This document shows positions 13,390 to 25,871 of a stretch of DNA of 64,000 nt, in pieces. This DNA comes from Camelus dromedarius (taxonomy: Eukaryota). A program made the translations under genes and the position numbers. The notes under the pieces were generated by a model. It ran no database searches, was not told the origin of the DNA, and was given only the letters and a program-made list of their open reading frames with translations. The stretch is taken from positions 85,996,001-86,060,000 of the forward strand of contig NC_087436.1 of the NCBI RefSeq assembly GCF_036321535.1. Direction: 5' to 3'. Every line of letters begins with the position of its first letter. Position 1 is the stretch's first letter.

Positions 13390-13880
13390 CACTCCCCATA
13401 TTTTATTTATCTATTCATCAGTTGATGGACATTTGGGTGGTACCACTTTTGGTTATTATGAATAATGTAGTATGAACAGGTGTGTACAACTTTTTGTGTG
13501 GACGTTTTTTCATTTTTCCTGATTTTGTACCTAGAATTGGAATTTCTGGGTAATACTGAACTCTAAATTTAACCTTTTGAGGAACTGCCAGACTGCTTTC
13601 CAAAGTGGCTATACCATATTACACTCTAATCAGCAGTGTTTGAGAGTTCTAATTTCTCCATTTAATCATGAACATTTATTATTATTTCTGTTTTTCACTC
13701 TAGCCATCCCAGTGGTTGTGAAGGGGTATCTCATTGGAGTTTTGATTTGCATTCCCTGATGGCTAATGATGTTGAACATCTTTTCATGTGCTTTTTGGCC
13801 ATTTGTATATTTTCTTTGAAGAAGAGTCTATTCAGATCTCTTGACCATTTTTCAATTAGGGTATTTGTCTTTCTAGTTGA
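13390..13880 (-). mobile_element. Old L1 (L1M) ORF2 3' fragment
   Basis: Minus ORF 13731-13934 contains the L1 ORF2-like peptide [35 protein letters not shown]. Confidence 0.8.
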
Positions 13881-13884
13881 TCTC

Positions 13885-14790
13885 TTGTATCTATTCACTT
13901 CTCTTTCCATCTCCATAGTCCAAGACACCATCATGCTTCACCTGAACCACTACATAAGCATCCTAATTGACCTTGCTGTATCCACTCTTGCTTCCTTCCA
14001 ATCTGCTCCTCACACAGCAACCAGGAAAATATTTTAAAAATCCAAATCTGATTTCATCACTTCCTTACTTAGTACTTTTCTATAGTTTCCCACTGGTTTA
14101 AGGACAGATTCCCCAAATCCTTCACATAGTCCCTAGGGCCTAGAATAACTTTTATATCCCTATTTTGAACCTCTCCATCCCTCACTCTACACTTTCCCAC
14201 ACCAGCCTCCTTTCAGATTCTCAAATGGCCTGAATTCCTTCCCACTTCTGAGCTTTATATGTTATATGTGTTATACATTTTGATAACCAATAAGTTTTTA
14301 CTAAGCACCTGATACGTGTCAGGCACTGGGCTGGACACTGAAGGTGCTGCAGTGACCAAGACCAAGACAACTCCCAGTCTCTTGGGGAAGACAGTCTAGA
14401 TGGGGAGACAGAATTGTAGACAAGTAATCAAATAAATGGCTACATAATGCCAGTTGCAAAAGGGGCCAAGAAGGAGCATAATGCATTGTTTCCTCTGCTT
14501 AAAAAGCCTTCTCTTCCAATCTGGCCCAAACAACTATTCAACTAACATGTTGCCTCCTCAGAGTATCCTTCCATGATTGCCAGATTAGGTCAAATTTCCC
14601 TATAATTCACCCTGTAACTTCTCTTCAGAGCTGACATTGAAAATTTAAATCAACTATTTTAGATTGTATAATTATTTGCTAAACATCTATCTCCCCCTAC
14701 GCATCATAAGTCTTCTTCCCTACTATGTCCATGTTACTGGCATATTAAATGTCTTAAATAGATGTCAGTTGAATGAATAAATGGATGAAT
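13885..14790. mobile_element. L2 fragments (both orientations)
   Basis: L2 3'-end phrases: caccatcatgcttcacctgaacc, tttactaagcacctga..gtcaggcactgggct, gttgaatgaataaatggatgaatga. Approximate. Confidence 0.55.
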
Positions 14791-15857
14791 GATGACTAGA
14801 ACCCTTGGTGCCCAGCAAATCTTCAATATGACATCTGCTGTCTTAGACCCTCCACCTCCTTCACAACCATTGCTCAAGTACTGGGTATTGTCTTCTTTAA
14901 CTTACTCAAAGGAATCCAGGTCTTTTCCTTTAATTCCCTCATTCCATAAATATGTGCCCAAAGCAGAATTGTTTGCTTGTCCTTTTCAGAGATGACTCAT
15001 TGGAAACGTCACACCCAGACAGCAATCAGAGTACAAGGAACAAGGACACACTGGAGGTCCTGAGGCATGGACCCAGGCTTCCTTCTGCCTGACTGGCCAA
15101 CATGTTGTCAGCCTCTATTTAATTCCTGGCTATTCTGGGTCTATCCCAGAACACCCTTTTGCAATAATGTATACAAAAGAGCCAAGGACCTTCCTGACTA
15201 GTTTTCTTGGCATAATTCTCAGGCCAAAACAAACTGTGACCCGAGAACTCACGCTTCCCTCTAGACTCCCAGCCTCATGCTCTGCAACTTCCTGCACCAA
15301 TTCTTCCCTGGCTTCCTCAATCCTCACTCATTTAAACCTATCACATTACCCCTCTAACCAGAGCCTCCCCTTCCTCTCCCTCCCTGACTAACCCCCAGTT
15401 CCTCTTATTCCTATTTCTCTGTTTCTTCATTCCACATCCCTAGGATCTCAGAGTCACCCATCCTTCGTTGACTTTTCTTGATATACCTCACTGGGCTACT
15501 TTTGATGATGATTTTGATGAATAATCAACATTAAAAAATAAAATTTAGCAAAATTGGGTACCCATGGTATAAAAATATTTGAGGATGAGAACCATACCCA
15601 TGTGCTCATTGGGCCCTGACTATATACCTGTTCTTCCTACACCCTGTCACTGTCATCCAACCTTTGTTAATTCCTTGAAGGCAGAGAAATCTCTCTAATA
15701 TCTACTCCCTGGTACCAAGCACAGAGCCTACATGAGGGAGATACTCAGAGCATGTTTAAGGAAGGAAGGCTAGAAGAATGGCAGAGATGCAGAGGAGAAG
15801 AAAGAGGGAAAGGATGATCTGAAGTTTATATAGAATTCTGTTTCTTTAGTACACTGT

Positions 15858-16062
15858 CTAGAATCTGAGTTGTCCAATATGTTAGCTGTGAGCTACATAT
15901 AGCTATCAAAATTAAAGTTAATTTAAATTAAAAAGTCAGCTCATCAGCACTAGTCATATTTCAAGTGCTCAAAAGCCCCATATGGCTGGTGGCTGCCATA
16001 TTGGACTGAGCAGATATAAAACATTTCCATCATGGCAGAAAGTTCTATTGGACAGACTCTAG
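15858..16062 (+). mobile_element. hAT-Charlie MITE, MER3/MER33-like
   Basis: ctag...tgtccaatatg ... atttcaagtgctcaa...catatggctggtggctgccatattggac ... agaaagttctattggacagactctag. Confidence 0.7.
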
Positions 16063-17563
16063 AAGTCTCCTAAGTGTCTACAAACATTTTGTTTGGGGGA
16101 ATTAGGAAGACTTCTCGCAGTGGTTTTGCTGAGGATGTGGTAAGAAAGTGAAGACACCAGTTCTTAGGCCCTGAATATAATGTAGGCAATTCTGCCTGTG
16201 CTTCTTTAATCAGATGAAAAACAAACAAACAAAAACAGAGCAATGCTTAGTTTATCTGAACTTAAAAAGGTAAAATAATCTTATGATTTAATGGACCTAT
16301 AGCATAAATTTAAAAAAAAAACACAAAGCCCTTATGATTAATTATTTCTATTATTCTTAACCTTAATTTATGTTTAAAATATCATCCCTCTGTCACAGGG
16401 ATCACCTCAACGAGGCAAGTGGGCAAGCCTTAAGGTCCTCGTTATTGACTGTAACCCACTAACAGACTTTGGGGAATTGCATTTATTTAATGTACCAATT
16501 TAATAACATAGACACTCAAAAAAAATTCCCTTTGCAGGATATTTTTAAAAAGCACTTTAGCAATAATGTGCAAACATTACATATTTCTCACACTTATTAA
16601 AGTGTATTCCAGCAGGACTCCTACTTAAAGAATTTTTATTAGCTTAGTTTTTGTTATTATATTTACTTAAAAGAAATAAAGTAAAACCAAAATTCTTTAG
16701 CTCTGAATTTTCATTAAAGTTAGGGCTTTTCCTCTCTCTCCCTCCTGACTCCACTCCCCCGCCACCTACATTCTGAAATAGAGAGATTTTATTGTCTCTC
16801 CAGGCATTAAAAGATCTTCTGACTAATCGAAAAACAGGCACCATCTTCTTTTAGGAAAATTGTTCAACAGTGAAGTAGGAAGATCTTCTTCTGAAAGTTT
16901 AGGAAGAGAGGAGCAGCAGAAACCACACACAAAGCAACACATCCCCTGCAGAACAGCAAGAGAATCTGACAAGGAAACCAAGAGAACAGTCTTAGCCACA
17001 TGTTCCAAACTTCCTGTGGTTGCTTATATCTTCAGACAGATAAGAAGTTTCTATATACACCTGTGCTTCAGCAAAATACTTCTTAGCTCAGGCTATAGCC
17101 AAAGAATTGTAGGTACAGCACAATGAAATTTTTGTAACCAAGGGAAAATGATTTTTTTCACTTTGATATATCAGATACGCAAAGTGTTAGGGTGCCAGGT
17201 ACTTCTTCAAACCATCCTGTCCTCTTTGATAGGGTAGAACCAAATATTGAATAATTAAAGCAAATGTGCAGTAGTAAATAATGCTATATTGACCCAAGGC
17301 TATAGAGTGTAGAGGCTTGGCTCTTGCCCACTGCTTTGGTTCTAAAGTTCCAGAGATATCCTGGTGACATCTCCTAACAGAAAGAATCTAAAGTGCAAAG
17401 TGGCCACTAACCCTCATTGAGATAAGATGCATGTTACTCTAAGTCTCAAACCTGAGTGTGCTTGAGCTCATAGAATAAGTCTATGATCTCAAGGTCCTCA
17501 GACCCTTTGGCAATGCCTCCTTCCCTGTGATCATTGTAACACCATTAATAACTCTGTGATCTT

Positions 17564-17693
17564 TTTTTTTTTTTTTTGAGGGGAGGTAAGTAGAGCGGGG
17601 AGGTAGTAAAAAAAAAATTCTTTCTTTACTAACTTATTTATTTAGAAGGTATTGGGGACTGAACCCAGGACCTCGTGCATGCTAAGCACACAC
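17564..17693 (-). mobile_element. 5'-truncated tRNA-derived SINE (Vic-1-like)
   Basis: Reverse strand reads tgcttagcatgcacgaggtcctgggttcagtccccaatacc plus an A-rich tail. 17-bp TSD aataactctgtgatctt (17547-17563) / aataacttcgtgatctt (17694-17710). Confidence 0.85.
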
Positions 17694-17739
17694 AATAACT
17701 TCGTGATCTTAACCATGAACTCCTTTCTACCTCTTCTAA

Positions 17740-18860
17740 AATTATGTAAAAGCAATTAGTAATGCATGTCTTTCACTCCAGTGCAGACTTCTCATGTGAA
17801 CCCCAGACAGCCCTGCCTTCACACTTATCTCATGAATGGTCTTCCCCATCTCCATCAATGGTAGTTCTGTCCCTCAAGTCATTCAGGTCTTAACTCCTCT
17901 GTCTCTCTAAACTCAACAAATCCTGAATCAGATCACTTCTCATACCTCCACGCTGTCACCCTAGTCCAGGGGTTGTCCCCTATGTTTGCTAATTTCACCT
18001 CCCAATGGATATTTGGCAACATCTGGAGGCACTTTGGGTTGTCACAATTAGGAGGGCACTACTGGCATCTAATGGATAGAGGCCAGGGATGCTGCCAAAC
18101 ATCCCTCAAAGCACAGGACCGCCCCTCACAACAAGCTGTCCAGCCTAAAATATCAATAGTGAGCAGGTGGAAAAACCCTCCCCTGGTCCAAGACACGCTC
18201 TCTCGGGCCTGGATTATTTCAGTAGCCTCCTAACTGTCCTCCCTGCTTCTGGTCTCACCTCCTCCCCATAGCTGTTCTCCACACAGAGTTATCCTGTTAA
18301 AATAAGTCAGATCATGTCACTCTACTGCCAAAAACACTCACCCCGTTTCCCATATTGCTCAGAAAAATCCGTCTCCCCAGCAGCTTTTAAGTCCTTATGG
18401 TCCCTGATACATCTCTGACCTAATCTCCCCCTTTGCCCAGCTCTTCCTCTGCTCCAGCACCCTGGCCTCTGTGGTGGCCATTGGGTCCTCCAGGTATGTT
18501 CTTGTCTCCAGGCCTCTGCTCATCTGCCCTCTGCCAAGACACTTTCCCCCACTTCTCTGCACTCCTGATGCCTTCATTTCTCTGAAGTTTTTGCTTAAAT
18601 GGTGTATTCTCATTGAGGCCAACTTGACCCACCCTTTTCAAAATTGCAATCACAGTCCCCTGCCCTGGCACTCCCTATGTCCTTTCCTTATTTTATTTTT
18701 TTTCCATTGCATTATTACATTCAAATTTACTATGTACTTTACTTATGTATGTGATTCGTTGTCTGCCTATAACCTCCATTAGAAGGTAAGGTCCATGAGA
18801 ACAAGGATTTTTGTTGGGTTCCCACTCTAGAACACGGGCATGGCAAGAATCCCAATAAAT
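17740..18860 (-). mobile_element. L2 (L2a-like) fragment interrupted by MER20
   Basis: L2 phrases (agtcagatcatgtcactc, tagaaggtaaggtccatgagaacaaggattttt) continue on both sides of the MER20. Confidence 0.6.
17967..18180 (+). mobile_element. MER20 hAT DNA transposon
   Basis: atttggcaacatctggag..tttgggttgtcacaa..tactggcatctaatggatagaggccagggatgctg core. 8-bp TSD ccctagtc/ccctggtc. Confidence 0.85.
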
Positions 18861-19773
18861 GAGGCAGTGCTGAGATGCTTAGGCATTCAAGATTATGTGC
18901 TATCAAGCTTGTTAGAGGCTCCCCAATCCAACTCCACCCCAAGATACTCCTAGAGCTCTAGTCCCCAGAAGCAATCCCAGACTTTGGTTATTTGGCTGTT
19001 GGAATCAACCACCCACCCTCCCTCAACTGTCTTACGCAGGGGAAAGGAAAGTCATATGATCAGAGAAACTAACAGAAATGAGGAAGGGGATCCCTTTTAA
19101 TATTGCTCATCCCTGGGTCACTGGGACTAGATGTGAGGCTGGAATGCACTAGGACTGGACAACTACAGGGTTGGGGTGCCCACTCTCCCCTTCACCCAGT
19201 GTTCTTGGCACAGACATACTTAAGACACTTTGAAAGGTGTGCTCGCTGCCAGGACAGCTCTTTAGCTGTCTTCGTTAATTATGTAAAATGGAACATTTAC
19301 ATTTTCTTAATATCTCTCTCTTAAAATGATTTGCACCCCCCTTAGGATCCTTACATTTATTTGAGTTCCTTCAAAATGCAAATAAAAGTCCTAGCGTACA
19401 TTTGGGAAGACCCTCATAAATGTTGCCACTCTCTGGTAAGTTGTAAGAAGCATCCAATAATAACTTTAAAATGCTTGATAAATGCCCCAACTGTTGCATT
19501 TTAAAATAATTTGGAAGAAAAAGAAAGGGACCCTGTACAATCTTCTAAGGAGCTATGGGCATCTTCCTTAGGGATAGTCACTGAATAAGTTAACACTCAT
19601 ATTAAACAGAATAAGCTGAGGTAGATACACATAGCTACTCAATCGATAATTTAGCGGTAAATAATAGAACTAGATTAACCTGCCCTTCACCGGAAGTTTG
19701 GATACACAAACAAAGGACTCTGCATTAATGGCACTGTCCTCAGACTCAGGTAGCCCTGGACTTAATATGGTTT

Positions 19774-20292
19774 TGAGACAGGAGGGAAGGGGACAGGGCA
19801 CAAGCACTGAAGGAATGACACAGCAACCGAGGGCAGGACAAACTGGTTACAACCAGGATGGTGGAAGGTCCCACTTCCAGTAGACTCTGAGGCTCATGGT
19901 GCACTCACAGGCTGAACACAAAAGGTCAAAAAGTGGGTGGGGGCCCAATTCCTGGAAATCTTTGCCCCTTCCCCAAAGTAGTTGGAATAATCCTCCTACC
20001 TCATTAGCATATGGAATTACGGAGCCTATAAAAACTAACTCTGCACCTCATGGTTGCTCTCTTTCTTGCCTTCTGGGATGGCCCACAATATGTCTGTGGA
20101 GTGTGTATCTACTTTTACTTTAAACTAAACACTCCCACATCTTTTGGTCTCCCTCTCTCCCTCACCTTTTGAGATGGCCTGCACCTTGCCTGTGGAGTGT
20201 GTATCTCTCTAAATAAACTTACTTTCACTTTACTTTGCCTCACTCTTGAATTCTGTCTCCTGCTCGAGACAAGAACCTATTCTCCAGCAACA
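19774..20292 (+). mobile_element. ERV1 solo LTR, MER41-like
   Basis: TG...CA termini, 519 bp, TATAAAA at 20027, AATAAA at 20212, 4-bp flanks gttt/cttt. The start TGAGACAGGAGGGAAGGGG..AGGGCACA resembles recalled cetartiodactyl MER41 consensus sequences. Confidence 0.75.
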
Positions 20293-20666
20293 CTTTGAAG
20301 TCTCTGGCTGGCACTCTCCTTTTCATTTTCCCTCCAGGAGCAAGAAATGGGGAAAAGGCAAGAAACTGAACCCCTCCCTGCTCCTGGTCTCCCAGAGGAC
20401 AGTGGGCGTGGCACTCAGCAATGGGAGAATGATTCTTTTCAGGATGTGCTGCTGGAGGAGCCAACCGCTGTCTGAGGCTGCCCAGGACTCCACGCAGAGG
20501 CCAGCTCTGAGCCGTCCTTCAGGGAAGCCGTCCGGGCCTCTCTAGATTTTGGTGCCACCGACCCCCTAGGACCCACTTCCTTTCTGTCGGTTCCCACTCT
20601 TCTGTGTGAATTTCTGCCCACTTCTACCCTTGTCCAAAGCCTTATCTGCCAATGCTTGAAATACAC

Positions 20667-20829
20667 ACTGAACAGGGAACTATATTCAATAGGCTGTAAT
20701 AACCTTTAATGAAAAAGAAATGAAAACAACTACATGTATGTATATGCATGGCTGGGACATTATGCAGTACATCAGAAATTGACACATCATAACTGACTGT
20801 GCTTCAATTAAAAAAAGAAAAAAAAAAAA
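20667..20829 (+). mobile_element. Short L1 3'-end insertion
   Basis: cagggaactatattcaata...cagaaattgacaca..aactgactgtgcttcaatt plus poly-A. TSD gaaatacac/gaaatacgc. Confidence 0.8.
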
Positions 20830-21006
20830 GAAATACGCCCTTAATAGTGTTCTCTTTTACCTTGACTTACATAGAATGAGGAGTCAGGTCCTTTGTGTGA
20901 ATGGCCAGGTCTGGAGCACATCAAGCAAGGAGTAATAGGGAGTAGAAAAGGGCCAGGATGACATGCTTCTTAGAAACTCCAAGCCAGAGCAAAAGAAGAT
21001 CTTGGT

Positions 21007-21160
21007 GGGGTGTGAAGAGCTCAGTGGTAGGCTGCATGCTTAGCCTGCATGAGATCCTAGGTTCAACCTCCAGTACCTCTGTTTTTAAAAAAATTATTTA
21101 AAAAATAAATAAGTAAACCTAATTACTGCCTCCCTGAAAAAAACATTTATTTAAAAAAAA
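21007..21160 (+). mobile_element. tRNA-derived SINE (Vic-1-like, long form)
   Basis: A box agctcagtgg, B box ggttcaacct, A-rich linker and aaacctaattac tail. Confidence 0.8.
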
Positions 21161-22222
21161 CCTCAACATTATGATTATCCCCAGAGTCATGTAGCTCATG
21201 CACTACATACATCACACTCCATCCTTCCTGAGTCCTGAGGGGACTCGACACCCTAAGTTGAATGGGAAAGGGATTCAGGTTGCTGTGTCCCCCACTCTCA
21301 CCCACCTGGTTGTCAGAAGCCCTGTACCTGCCCCCTACCTGTACAATCCCACAAATATCTATTGTGGATCCAGAACCGTGTTGCTAGATATTTCAATGAT
21401 GTTTGAGCAAATTTAGGAATAAATGAGCAAATGAATGAATCTCATGGAACTCACCATTCCTAGCCCTATCAGTTTTTCTCATTTATTTCAGCACAGTCTC
21501 TGCCAAATCTTGTTATAATCCAGACAGTCTTGGTCACAGGGTACACTGGGAATTGCAGGACCTACTCCAGATGGAAGTGAGAGAAAAGCATCCAAGAGAG
21601 TAGAGGGCGAGCCTTCCCAGGGAAGGTCCAGGAGCCTGGCTCCAAGGCCAGGTGGTGCGATGAACTCAAGTCCAACGTCATGCTGGGACTCAAATAGTCT
21701 GAGCCAAGCATGTGGGGCATGGAGTGGGCCTCTTGGCAAAAAATGTGAGTGCCAGAGGTCAGAGAAGGATCAGGAAGCTCGGTCCAGGAAAAAGGGGCTG
21801 AAAGAGATGGGAAGGTCAAGGTCCCAACTGACTGGGCATCTGGGGCAGCCTCTAGTCCCAGAAAAATTTGTCCTGGGACCTGGGAAGCAAGGATGCACTG
21901 AAGGCTAGACAAGTGGAGGGGCACTTGGAGGGCAGGGACATGGCAGGCTGCAGGTTGTTGAATGGGATGAGGGTACCCTTCCTGGCCCTCTGAGTATCCA
22001 GCTCTCCTGTGCCAACAGAGGAGAGGGGAGCCCCCAACATACTGCAGTCCTGATTCTCCCCACCTTCTGCATTACATAGTGGGGGTGGGTGCAGCCACAG
22101 CCATTTTCTATGGGTAGTATGATCAATTAATTTACTGTCCAAAACAGGACCCTTTTCAGAGTGGAAGTGCGGTTAATAATTACTAAAACTAATGTCTAGA
22201 AGTCCTGACCCTTCTTGTATTC

Positions 22223-22270
22223 TTCTAAAAATACTTGCTAAGCCTGTTCTAAAAATACTTGCTGAGCCTG
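22223..22270. repeat. 24-bp tandem duplication
   Basis: ttctaaaaatacttgctaagcctg / ttctaaaaatacttgctgagcctg. Confidence 0.95.
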
Positions 22271-22602
22271 TCTCAAGGAAGCAGATTGACCCCGGGAGCA
22301 GGTGTTTTTAAATGGGAAACAACCATTTCACACTCCCTTCCTCTCCCAATCCAGGAGGCCAGGAGTAGCAGACCCCACTGCTGCCCCCAACCCCGCATCC
22401 CGGCATCAGTCCACTGACCGCTCGCCACCTCTCTGCTGCATCACCTGACAGGGCTTTCTCCCACCACAGGGCTTGCTGTGATGCCAGGAGCAACTTGGGC
22501 TCTATTTGTGCTGGACCCTTGGGGATAAGAGGACAAATAAACCGAAGTCCCTGCTCTTAAGACAAAAAGGAGATGACCAGCAAACATAGGTTCCAAGTCA
22601 AA

Positions 22603-22636
22603 GTGCTAGGTTTCCCAGATGGCACATACACACAAA

Positions 22637-22686
<50 letters not shown>

Positions 22687-22880
22687 ATATTGATAGAGAG
22701 AGAGTATGGTTTATTATTAGGAATTGGCTTTCATGATTATGGAGGGTGAGAAGTCCCAGTTTGCCATCTGCAAGCTGCAGACCCAGGAAAGCCAGCAGTA
22801 TAATTCAGTCTGGGTCAGAAGGCCTGTGAACCAGGGCTACAGATGGTATAAGTCCCATTCCAAGTGCAGGAGAAGACAAG
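22603..22880 (-). mobile_element. ERVL LTR fragment, MLT2-like, containing (CA)n at ~22623-22684
   Basis: tttattattaggaattggctttcatgattatggagggtgagaagtccc...tctgcaagctgcagacccaggaaagcc is MLT2-typical. Confidence 0.7.
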
Positions 22881-23351
22881 TCCGGCTTCTGAATGGGAGA
22901 CTGAGAGACTGGAGGACAGGAGGAGAGAGCGGCTGCGATACTTACTTACCTGTGCCTCTTGCATTCCCGCTGTTTGGCAACAACTCTGTTCTCTCTACCT
23001 AAAGCCCCGACTCTGGAGGGACAACCCCTTTGCCATGCCAGCCTCCACCAGACTCTGGAATCACCGCTCGCTCCCCTTGCCCTTTGGGTCTGGGATGATA
23101 ACAGTGCCTTGCTGTTGCCAGCCCCAGGGTGCCCCTACCCTGTCCACATGGCTCTTCAGTTAGGCCTTCTGAGACTGCCTCTGGTTCCTGCTGGGACCCT
23201 GACTGATACAGGAGGCCATTGTCTTATTCAAATGGGGGCTGATGAGGACTGACACAAGGCAGAGGCACCAGAAGTGCAGGAGAACATAGAGATTCCAGAG
23301 GTCTGACAGGAAGAATCAATAGAACTTGGTGCCTAATGAGATGCCATGAAA

Positions 23352-23912
23352 TGGGCTAGTTATCTATCGCTGTGCAACAAATTAACACCAATGTAGTGGC
23401 TTTAAAACAATACACACTCATTATCTTGCATTTTTTTATCTGTTAGAAACCCAGGCATGGTTCATTGGAGACCTCTGCTTCAAAGTATCTCATTACGCTG
23501 CAATCAGCTTGTCAGCCAGGGCTGGGATCTCATCTGAAGGCTGGACTGGAGAAGGATCCACTTCCAAGCTCACATGGTTATTGGCAGAATTCAATGGGGT
23601 TGAGGGCTTCAATTCCTTGATGGCTATTGGTTGGAGGCTGCCTTCAGCTCCTTGCCTTGTGAACCTCCCCAACATAACAGCTTGCTTTATCAAAGTCAGT
23701 GAGAGAAAGACATAGCAAGACAGAAGACAGTCTTATGTACCCTAATCACAGCAGTGACAGCCCATCACCTTTGCCATTTTCTGTGTGTTAGGAGCAAATC
23801 ATAGATCCTACCCACCCTCAACAGAGGGCGTTACATCAGAGTGTGAACATCAGGAGGTGGAGACCATTGCGGGGTGGGTGGTGGGGGGCACATTTTACAG
23901 TCTACCGGCCAC
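23352..23912 (-). mobile_element. MaLR LTR (older MLT1 subfamily)
   Basis: tagttatctatcgctgtgcaacaaatt..tagtggctttaaaacaa ... gggcacattttacagtctaccggccaca. Confidence 0.65.
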
Positions 23913-25770
23913 AGGAGGAAGTGGTGTCTCCTGGGATTTTTACGAATAAATGGTGCCATTTATCAAGAGAGGGAATTGAAGAACACGAGGATCCAGTGTG
24001 GGGGGCAAAGTGGGTAGTGAATCTTAGGGTCCATAGGAATCAGAACCAGAGGTCATCCCCAGAGGATAGAATTGACCTCAGTCCAACTGTGCAAAGAGAG
24101 AAAGACATAGGTTTTGGGGACCCAGGACAAGGTCAGGCCTTGGGGGCTCTGAAGCAAGTTTCTCTGGTCCTGTTCATTTTTCAGAAAAATCAAGTGATAA
24201 AACAGACCTGTGACCAAATTCTCTGTAGCAAGGATGCAGGGGAAGAAGGCCCACTTATATTTTCAAGAAGAGGAAGTGCATTTTTTAAAGGATGTGTTTC
24301 CACGCTTCCTGAAAGAGAGTAAGAACCAGACCCATTCTCTCAAGTTCTGAATTTATTCCTTGAAGAAAAGACTGAGGCTTCTTCTGAGAGAAAAAAATGA
24401 TACATGGCCCTCTGAAGTGCCTGTGAGTGAGTGCTTTGGATTCAGAGAGAAGGCAGCCGAAGGACTGAACGAGGTACTGGGCGATGTAAGAAACACAGAG
24501 AAACCTGGAAACCGTTGTCCCGCTCCCTGCTGCACTGCTTCTTAGCTCTGTGACATGCAGTCTGTCCCTCAGCCTCCCTGAGCCAGAGTCTCCGGGCCTA
24601 TTCCCTGGGGAGAGCACCTGTCCTGCCCACCCTTCCCAGCTGTCCTGAGAACCAACACGAGCATTCATCCCATGGAAATGTAGAAGGGACCTACTATGTG
24701 GAAAGCACTGCCGTAGCCACAGAGGGAAATAAGACTCAGGCCCTATCCTTGGTTAGTTTACAGACTTGTTGATACATGTGAACCTGCTTTATCAATGAGA
24801 GAGCAGCCAACAAATGTGAGACATTACCCACAGGACACCATCCACAGTGACAGTGCCATTCCCTAGCTTAATGGACCAAGCAGGAGAAGGCAGGAAGTTC
24901 CCTGAAATGCCCTCAAGAGTTCTCTTGCAGCCATACATGGTCATATGACTACATTTACACCAAAGGAATTCAAATGCAATTTCCTTAAAAGAAAATGACT
25001 CATCGTGGTCTTCCTCTCCCTCCTACTTCTCTTTAACTGGGATGTCTATAGAGTGGTATTGCTCTAGCTTTGATCATGTGAACAAAAACACCACCTAGAG
25101 GCTAGCAGAGCAACAAGAGAGAAGGACCTAGGTCTCTGGATGCCCTCCTAGATTTGCCACCTATTTCTAGATTATTATATAAGACACAAGCTCCTATCAT
25201 ATTAAAGCTCTTGTATTTGGGGGTATTTTGTTATAGCATCTGAGCCTATACCTTGACTAACATACCTACACATTTGTGAAAAGACTGACTAACATTTAGG
25301 GTGACTGCAACAGCAAAAATACATACATATATTAAATGATCTGCTCTTTCAGATATTAGACCTGTGACCAGAACATTGAACATCAAAGTGCATAATGAAT
25401 GATGAAGAACTCAAGGATCATGTGCTGTATTTTCAAATCCTCACAGTTTACAGGCAAGTATTAACTTCTTGGACCACTAAGTACATGGAAAAGACCTTTT
25501 ACGGTGGGAGAGGAGGATGAAGACTGAGGAAGGAGGAGAGGGCTGAACTTTAAATAAGCACTTACTACATACCAAAGGTGGTACTCCACACTTCACATCT
25601 GCCAATGGTGGGAGGTAGAGACTACCTCAGATTCCCACTCCCCACAGCCCATCTTAGGTGAGAAGACAGCCCAGAAAGGCTTGATTTGCCCAATGTCAGC
25701 AAGTGTCAGAGCCAGAATTTGAATTTCAGTCTACTAGTATCAAAGCTGCTTCTCAAGAATGAAGAATCAG

Positions 25771-25871
25771 AGGCCAGGGGGTATAGCTCAGTGATAGAAT
25801 GCATGCTTGGCAAGCACAAGGTCCTGGATTCAATCCCCTGTGCCCACGTTAAGGGGGTTAAAAAAAAAAAA
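25771..25871 (+). mobile_element. tRNA-derived SINE (Vic-1-like, short form)
   Basis: ggggtatagctcagtgatagaatgcatgcttggcaagcacaaggtcctggattcaatcccc plus poly-A. Perfect 16-bp TSD aagaatgaagaatcag (25755-25770, 25872-25887). Confidence 0.9.

Noticed and set aside
23843..24322. 159-aa plus-strand ORF, and similar ORFs at 26578, 29400, 49520, 50378 and 63515
   Set aside because: Mostly non-ATG starts, some overlap LTR/L2 relics, and none shows a recognisable domain.
25771..25850. tRNA gene calls for the SINE heads (also 33987, 45628, 57271)
   Set aside because: Poly-A tails, TSDs and mutual divergence identify them as SINEs, not tRNA genes.
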